NCBI GenBank assembly: GCA_034722055.1
Contig: JAYENL010000149.1
Location: 68,030-81,613, forward strand
Origin: Armatimonadota bacterium
Lineage (GTDB): Bacteria; Armatimonadota; Zipacnadia; Zipacnadales; UBA5352
DNA length: 13,584 nt
Direction: 5' to 3'
The notes beneath the pieces are model-generated. The model saw only the letters and a program-made list of their open reading frames with translations. It did no database searches and was not told the origin of the DNA. Shown here piece by piece: positions 8,349 through 13,584 of this stretch. The position numbers were made by a program, and so were the translations under genes. Each line of letters begins with the position of its first letter. Position 1 is the first letter of the stretch.

Positions 8349-9023
8349 CTGGACGGCGAGATCGGACCGGAGTTCGATGGGGTCAGCGGTCCGCACTTCA
8401 GCGCGGATGGGCAGCGGTTCGCGTACTTCGCGGGGCGGAATACCGCTGAGGATGCCAAGAAGTGGGTGGTCATCGTGGACGGCGTGCCCGGACCCGAGTT
8501 TGACGCGATTCGGGCCGTTGGTCCCCTCCCACTCTCTCTTGCCGACGGGCATTTCGTCGGCACGGTGTTCAGCGCCGACGGACAGCACGTTACGTATGGA
8601 GGACGGATCGGTCCAGAGAAGGATGGTCGCTGGCACATGGTGCGTGACGGCGTGCTGGGGCCCGACTTCGACGATGTCAGCTACCCGGCCACCAGTCCCG
8701 ACGGCAAGCGTTTTGCCTACATCGCTGTGCAGGGGCGAGACCACTTCGTCGTCCTGGACGGCCAGCGCGGTCCAGTGGCCCGGTCCGGTGGGGCCGATGC
8801 TCCTCGGCCGATAGGCGTCGCCCTGCTCTTCAGCCCCGACAGCCGACACCTGGCCTACACCGCGCGCTTCGGGAAGAAGTGGTGTGTGGTCTTTGACGGC
8901 CAGCCTGGGCGGGAGTTTGCCGAAATATACCCCAACGGCCCGAGCTTCCTGCAGGACGGCTCGCTGCAGTACATGGCCCGCAACGGCGACGTCATCTTCC
9001 GGGTCACACTCGCTCCCGAGTGA
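8349..9023 (+). pseudogene. 5'-truncated WD40/PD40-like beta-propeller repeat protein
   Basis: Repeated (V/L)DGxxGPEFD...FS(A/P)DG(Q/K)RFAY units; begins mid-repeat at LDGEIGPEFD; the upstream part of ORF 8103 overlaps the recombinase and its upstream region and is not repeat-like. Confidence 0.75.
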
Positions 9024-9055
9024 TCGCGCCGTCCCAGAGAGGGGCGGGTCCCACG

Positions 9056-9193
9056 ATGTATCGACTGATGGCAGTGCTTGTGGTTGCGTGTCTGGCCGCC
9101 CCGATGGCGTTGGGCGAGGAGTGCACGGTGACCGAGCAGCGGAGGGAGTGCGGGAGACATGTCTTCAGTCCCAGGAGCTCCTGGACTGGATGA
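9056..9193 (+). pseudogene. Stub of a secreted protein (signal peptide plus a few residues); below the ORF track cutoff
   Basis: GAGAGGGG RBS then MYRLMAVLVVACLAAPMALG-EECTVTEQR...; stops after 45 codons. Confidence 0.6.
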
Positions 9194-9322
9194 TATCGGG
9201 ACGCGCGGAGAAGGAGGCGCGTCTGGACGGTGCTTTCGGTCAGTGATCATGTTGCTGGCGGGCCATGCAGTCGAGTGACCAGAGCGCGGACATATTCGAC
9301 GGCCGGGAAGGGAGATATGACC

Positions 9323-11902
9323 ATGGACGTCTACAGCAGTCGGCGGACCCTGAAGGGAATTGGTATGGGCATCACCGTGGCGGTGGTCGCGGCTGTGCTG
9401 CTGGCGGCGACGACCCCGTCGGCCATGGCAGGCAGAACCGAATGCGTGAGCCTGAACAGCCGGGATCGGCTGGAGATCGGCGAGTGTCCCGCCATCAGTG
9501 CAGATGGGCGCTATGTGGCTTTCAGGTCGGCGGGGCGTCTGGTGGCGGCGGACAACAACCGCTGCTACGACGTCTTCGTGCGTGACCGGCAGACGGGTGA
9601 GACGACGCGCGTGAGCGTGGCCAGCAACGGGACAGAGGGCAACTCGTGGAGCGACCAGCCGGCCATCAGTGCTGATGGGCGCTACGTGGCGTTCCGATCG
9701 AGGGCCTGGAACCTCACTCCCGGGCACGAGTGGATCTGGGAGCACATCTACGTACACGATCTGGCGACGCGGCAGACTATTTGTGTAAGCGTATCGAGCA
9801 GCGAGGAGCTCGGAGACGGGAATAGCTGGGCGCCTTCCATCAGTGCGGATGGGCGATACGTCATATTCAGGTCTTACGCCCACAACCTCGCGCCCTGTGG
9901 CGGCGGCGGCGTTGCCAACGTTTTCGTTCGCGATCGGCAGACTGGGCAGACCATGTGTGTGGGCGTAGACACCTGGGCCCCCCCTCAGAACCCCCCCTAC
10001 ATACCTGACTCCATCTGGGTCAAGGGACCTTCTATCACTGGTGACGGGCGCTACGCCGCCTTTGAGGCGAGGGGCGGCCTGATGCCCGGCGACCCCCGGC
10101 GCTCTCGATGGGATGTTTTCGTGCACGACCTACACATCGGCCAGACCATCCGCGTCAGCGTAGCCAGCAACGGTGAGCAGGCAGACCATAACAGCGACGA
10201 TCCCTCGATCAGCGCTGATGGACGCTACGTGGCCTTCGAGTCCCAGGCCGGGAATCTCGCGCCCGGGGATACGAATGAGAAGCCCGACATCTTCGTGCAT
10301 GACCGGCAGACGGGCCAGACCACCCGCGTCAGCGTGGCCAGCGACGGGATGCAGGCAGACGAGGCCTCCTACCTGCCCTGCATCAGCGGAGACGGGTCTT
10401 GCGTCGCATTCATGTCCGCCGCCAGCAACCTGGTGCCGGGAGACACGAATGGGAAGCCCGACATCTTCGTGCATGACCGGCGGACAGGCCAGACCACCTG
10501 CGTGAGTGTGGACTGCGACGGGACACAGGGTGATGATTCTGCGTACGCACCCTCGATCAGCGCCGATGGACGCTACGTGGCGTTCAGCTCCGGCGCGACC
10601 AACCTGGTGCCCTGGAACACCAGTGGCGCGCCGGAGGCGTTCGTCCATGACCGAGATCCCGAACCGCCTCAGGAGGTGACTGTCGCCCTGAGTCCCGGGT
10701 GGTCTCAGCCTTCCTGCGGTCGCCCCTTCTTCGAGCATGCGAGCTTGGAGGATCTGCTGGGGCCGGACGTGCTCAGCTTGTGGCTATGGCATGCCTCCGA
10801 ATTCCGCTACGGACCTCCTGAGAGCCTCCACGTGGGACCTGCTTACTACGCCGGCCAGGGCATGTGGGCACTGAGTGCGACCCACGCCTCGCGGACCGTC
10901 GCGGTTCGCGACCCGACGGCGCTGGACGTATCAGTGTCTCCAGGCTGGAACCTGCTGGCGAACCCCTTTGCGAAAGCGGTCGATCTGCAGACCGGTCTGC
11001 TGCCCGAGGGCGATGGACAGATCTACGTTCCGGGCTACCACTGGAACCCGGAACGCTTTGCGTACGATCAGGCGAGTGTGATGTCTGCCGGCTGGAGCTT
11101 TTGGGTGCTCGCCGACTATGAGGGAGTCGCAACTTTCGACCCGGCCGGGGTGACCACGCCCGCGGAGTGCGCTGAGGTCGCCAGCCTGGCGGCGGCTGCA
11201 GAGATTCCGGACAACAGCAGGTGCATCCAACTGGTGGCGGAGGCCGGTGACAGCCGCGATCGGTCCGTCTGGCTTGGGACAACTTCGGGGGACGTGTTGC
11301 TGACGCCGAAGCCGCCAGTGGCGCCAAATGCCGTCGGCGCCCACATTGATGTGTCCGACGGGATCGGATATGCACGGTCGATCGTGCCCGAGGGGCAGGA
11401 GCACGTCTGGACACTGACGGTGAACTCGCCGATCGACGAGGCAACCTCCCTTCGCGTCGTGGACACCTCTCAGTTGCCGGGCGACATGGCCGTGTGGCTG
11501 ACGGACCGGGCGACCGGAACGCGCATCGACCTGCGCCATGCGCCAGGCTACAGTCACACCGCCCGCGAGGGGCAGCGTCGCTTTGACATCGAGCTCGGGG
11601 AGCGTGACCGTCTGCTGCAGGTGACCAGCGTAAGCGTGCGGCCAGCCGGAGGAGGCAGTCAGATCACCCTCACGCTGTCGGCGGCTGGCTCAGTGACAGT
11701 CGATGTGCTCAACATCGCGGGCCGTGTCGTGAGGCGCATCGTGGCCGACCGCGAGTGCGACGCAGGCCTGCAGACGGTCAGTTGGAACGGCCGGTCGGAC
11801 TCCGGGACACAGGTTCCGGACGGCATCTATCTCATCCGAGTGAAGGCTGCCGCCCGCACCGGCGAACAGTGCCAGGCGCTGAGCACATTGCGGATACGCT
11901 GA
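9323..11902 (+). CDS. Secreted TolB/PD40-type beta-propeller protein with C-terminal FlgD-Ig-like domain
   Basis: GGAG at 9311-9314 favours ATG 9323 (or 9317); signal peptide ending ...PSAMA; seven (S/A)ISADGRYVAF-type repeats; C-terminal VDVLNIAGRVVR...WNGRSDSGTQVPDGIYLIRV. Confidence 0.88.
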   Translation: MDVYSSRRTLKGIGMGITVAVVAAVLLAATTPSAMAGRTECVSLNSRDRLEIGECPAISADGRYVAFRSAGRLVAADNNRCYDVFVRDRQTGETTRVSVASNGTEGNSWSDQPAISADGRYVAFRSRAWNLTPGHEWIWEHIYVHDLATRQTICVSVSSSEELGDGNSWAPSISADGRYVIFRSYAHNLAPCGGGGVANVFVRDRQTGQTMCVGVDTWAPPQNPPYIPDSIWVKGPSITGDGRYAAFEARGGLMPGDPRRSRWDVFVHDLHIGQTIRVSVASNGEQADHNSDDPSISADGRYVAFESQAGNLAPGDTNEKPDIFVHDRQTGQTTRVSVASDGMQADEASYLPCISGDGSCVAFMSAASNLVPGDTNGKPDIFVHDRRTGQTTCVSVDCDGTQGDDSAYAPSISADGRYVAFSSGATNLVPWNTSGAPEAFVHDRDPEPPQEVTVALSPGWSQPSCGRPFFEHASLEDLLGPDVLSLWLWHASEFRYGPPESLHVGPAYYAGQGMWALSATHASRTVAVRDPTALDVSVSPGWNLLANPFAKAVDLQTGLLPEGDGQIYVPGYHWNPERFAYDQASVMSAGWSFWVLADYEGVATFDPAGVTTPAECAEVASLAAAAEIPDNSRCIQLVAEAGDSRDRSVWLGTTSGDVLLTPKPPVAPNAVGAHIDVSDGIGYARSIVPEGQEHVWTLTVNSPIDEATSLRVVDTSQLPGDMAVWLTDRATGTRIDLRHAPGYSHTAREGQRRFDIELGERDRLLQVTSVSVRPAGGGSQITLTLSAAGSVTVDVLNIAGRVVRRIVADRECDAGLQTVSWNGRSDSGTQVPDGIYLIRVKAAARTGEQCQALSTLRIR
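9490..10660 (+). repeat. Seven intragenic ~174-nt propeller-blade repeats
   Basis: ATCAGxGCxGAxGGxCGxTA-like units near 9494, 9665, 9839, 10034, 10208, 10382, 10556; identical 29-mer at 10279-10307 and 10453-10481. Confidence 0.9.
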
Positions 11903-12631
11903 CAGGCGATGACTTCGTCTCATAGTGCACTTGGCACCGCGAACAGGGCTCGCACAACACGTTCGTTCAACGCGCGATTGATGGCAAGTCAGGAAGAGCG
12001 GACAACGCCGTGGGCGAGATGCAGGCCTTTCGAACGAGGCGGCTCGATACTTGAGTCTCTCGAACGCCTCGACCGTCGCTCACAGGTGATCGCGTCCGCA
12101 GTCGGGGGCAGTACGCAGCATCGCGGGATGGTGTCACATGCCGGGCGGTAATCAAGCTTGGCGAATGTCAATAGCGATGTCCGGGCAGACGGGCGACGTC
12201 CTGGCTCAGTAAACGAACCGTGATCATGGCGACTGAAACCCCGAAGTGCCATCGGCGGTGCCCTCGATGGTCTTGCCGGCCTTGATCTGCAAGCTGCTCG
12301 GCGCCCAAAGCCACAGCGCAGCCTGTGCGACGCGCAAACGTGCTCCTGTCGCCTTGTCCAGCGACGGCCGATGCCTGCAAGGACCCGGAATGGAGGCTAT
12401 GCCTCCGCAGCCCCCGCTCATGGCTCCGGCCAACGGACCCACGTTCCGTCGAGGGAAATCGGGGGCCCTACCGTCGCCAGAGATGCGCCGTTCGGCCTGG
12501 TCAACGGCCGCCGCCGGCGGGCATGCTGCCTCTGACGGAGCCGGTGCACACCGCAATCGGCCACGGGACTACGCTGACCGGCCTTGCAGTGCAGTCTGCG
12601 ACACGAGCCGGGTGATCGGAGGGTCCCCAAC

Positions 12632-12838
12632 ATGATGGCTCTGGTTCTGCTCTTCTGGCTTATCGTGACGGTGGCTCTGCTTGTCACGTGGCTCGTCCGG
12701 AGGCGCCGCTCCCGGGCCCCCCTCCGCCGGACGGGCCCGACGCTGGCCTACCTCTCGCTGGGGATGGGACCCACAGGCACGGCCTACATCGCGATCGTGA
12801 TGTCGCTGTACGGGGGGATGCTCTCACCCAGTGCTTGA
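12632..12838 (+). CDS. Small membrane protein (68 aa), possibly a fragment
   Basis: GGAGGG RBS; hydrophobic MMALVLLFWLIVTVALLVTWLV followed by RRRR and a second hydrophobic stretch. Confidence 0.55.
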   Translation: MMALVLLFWLIVTVALLVTWLVRRRRSRAPLRRTGPTLAYLSLGMGPTGTAYIAIVMSLYGGMLSPSA

Positions 12839-12848
12839 CCTGCCGCAC

Positions 12849-12916
12849 CGAGGCCGGGGGGCCTCGCTCACCCGGGGCTACAGGTAGGAGATACTGCCGC
12901 TGCGGCGGTGGTCCTA
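12849..12916. repeat. REP-like hairpin pair between convergent genes
   Basis: CGAGGCC-GGGG-GGCCTCG (12849-12866); back-to-back CTAC (12878-12881) and GTAG (12884-12887); TAGGA..ACTGCCG-CTG-CGGCGGT..TCCTA (12885-12916). Confidence 0.45.
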
Positions 12917-13584
12917 TGGAACCGAACCGAGCTTCCGCCCTCGTGGACATGACCCGAACGCCGAGGGAGCCGGTGGCTTCAGGCCTCTGCACAGGGCTGC
13001 TCGCAGCGGCTCCCCCTCCCATTCACCCACGATCAGGCGGGGCTTCTGAGCGCCGACGTCAACGCTCGTGCACGCAATGGCCAGACGCAGCCCCACGCCC
13101 ACCAGCGCGGTGATCGCCTCCTCGTTGGTCTCGACCTCGAGGCGCTGGCGGAGGTTGCTCATGTGTCGGCGGATGGTGGAAGCGGCGAGGCCGTCAAGAC
13201 GCTCCGCGATCTCGTCGAGGTCGTCCATCCCCGTCCGCTTGCGGATGCGGTGGGCCTGCGAGGCGGCGACGTTCTTCTTCAACCCCCGCGCCTGCTCGAT
13301 CTCGCGGTAGGACTTGCCCTCAGCCCACAGCGCCAGGAAGCCCAGGTCCGTCGGCGTCAGCTTCGCGAGCCGCGGCTCGTCGCCGCCGATGGCCTCACGC
13401 AGGTGCGGGATGCGCGCCGTCATCTCGGGCATGTAGTAACACTTGAGGCGCACCGTGACCGATGCATCCCGGCCCGGCTCGATGGTCAGCTCCTCGACCA
13501 TCGACAGCAGCAGTTGCCGGATGGCGGGCGCCTCGAGCCGCTCCCAGGTGTCTGTGAAGTTATCGAGCGCATCCATCACCTGCC
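12914..13584 (-). CDS. C-terminus of a probable large serine recombinase fused to LuxR-like HTH domain(s); open at the window edge
   Basis: ALDNFTDTWERLEAPAIRQLLLSMVEELTI resembles the LSR C-terminal motif; LTPTDLGFLALWAEGKSYREIEQARG and EIAERLDGLAASTIRRHMSNLRQRL are LuxR/GerE-like; the catalytic domain is not in the window. Confidence 0.6.
   Translation of the reverse strand, partial: QVMDALDNFTDTWERLEAPAIRQLLLSMVEELTIEPGRDASVTVRLKCYYMPEMTARIPHLREAIGGDEPRLAKLTPTDLGFLALWAEGKSYREIEQARGLKKNVAASQAHRIRKRTGMDDLDEIAERLDGLAASTIRRHMSNLRQRLEVETNEEAITALVGVGLRLAIACTSVDVGAQKPRLIVGEWEGEPLRAALCRGLKPPAPSAFGSCPRGRKLGSVP

Noticed and set aside
899..9141. GCAG(C/G) as a universal junction motif (899, 1037, 1582, 2877, 9136)
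   Set aside because: Very common word in GC-rich DNA, and all junctions except the integrase inversion are imprecisely located.
9221..9239. GTCTGGACGGTGCTTTCGG matching 8347-8356 and 8264-8274
   Set aside because: Only 10- and 11-bp matches in permuted order with no flanking similarity; cannot be distinguished from chance.
9490..10660. CRISPR-like repeat array
   Set aside because: Repeats are in-frame protein repeats with codon-level variation.
7056..11902. Classical integron (integrase divergent from a cassette array)
   Set aside because: No IntI-specific insertion apparent between the catalytic boxes and no RYYYAAC...GTTRRRY attC sites seen after the downstream genes.
11903..12630. Short ORFs or an ncRNA in the gap after the propeller gene
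   Set aside because: No supported start, motif or recognisable RNA structure; possibly decayed fragments.

Overview
GC-rich bacterial accessory region; the C-terminal FlgD-Ig-like domain and the repeat-protein families suggest an Armatimonadota-like host (inference only). Clearly intact genes: a secreted GH42-like glycoside hydrolase (3616-6162), a compact minus-strand module of a XerC/D-like tyrosine recombinase plus two small ORFs (6460-8201), and a secreted TolB/PD40 beta-propeller protein (~9323-11902). Much of the rest is a patchwork of gene fragments: a truncated CBM protein, a second tyrosine recombinase scrambled into three pieces on both strands, a helicase N-terminus, two FGE-sulfatase domains, a 5'-truncated propeller gene, a signal-peptide stub, and the C-terminus of a probable large serine recombinase fused to LuxR-like HTHs. 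Best candidates for something new: (i) the ~2-kb recombinase module with two dyad sites upstream and a repeated GGTG(T/G)CACG motif bracketing each small gene, and (ii) the scrambled recombinase, one piece of which is precisely inverted at a GCAGG/CCTGC microhomology. Amplification or assembly chimerism is a live alternative explanation for the fragmentation. No rRNA, tRNA, CRISPR array or reverse transcriptase was seen.
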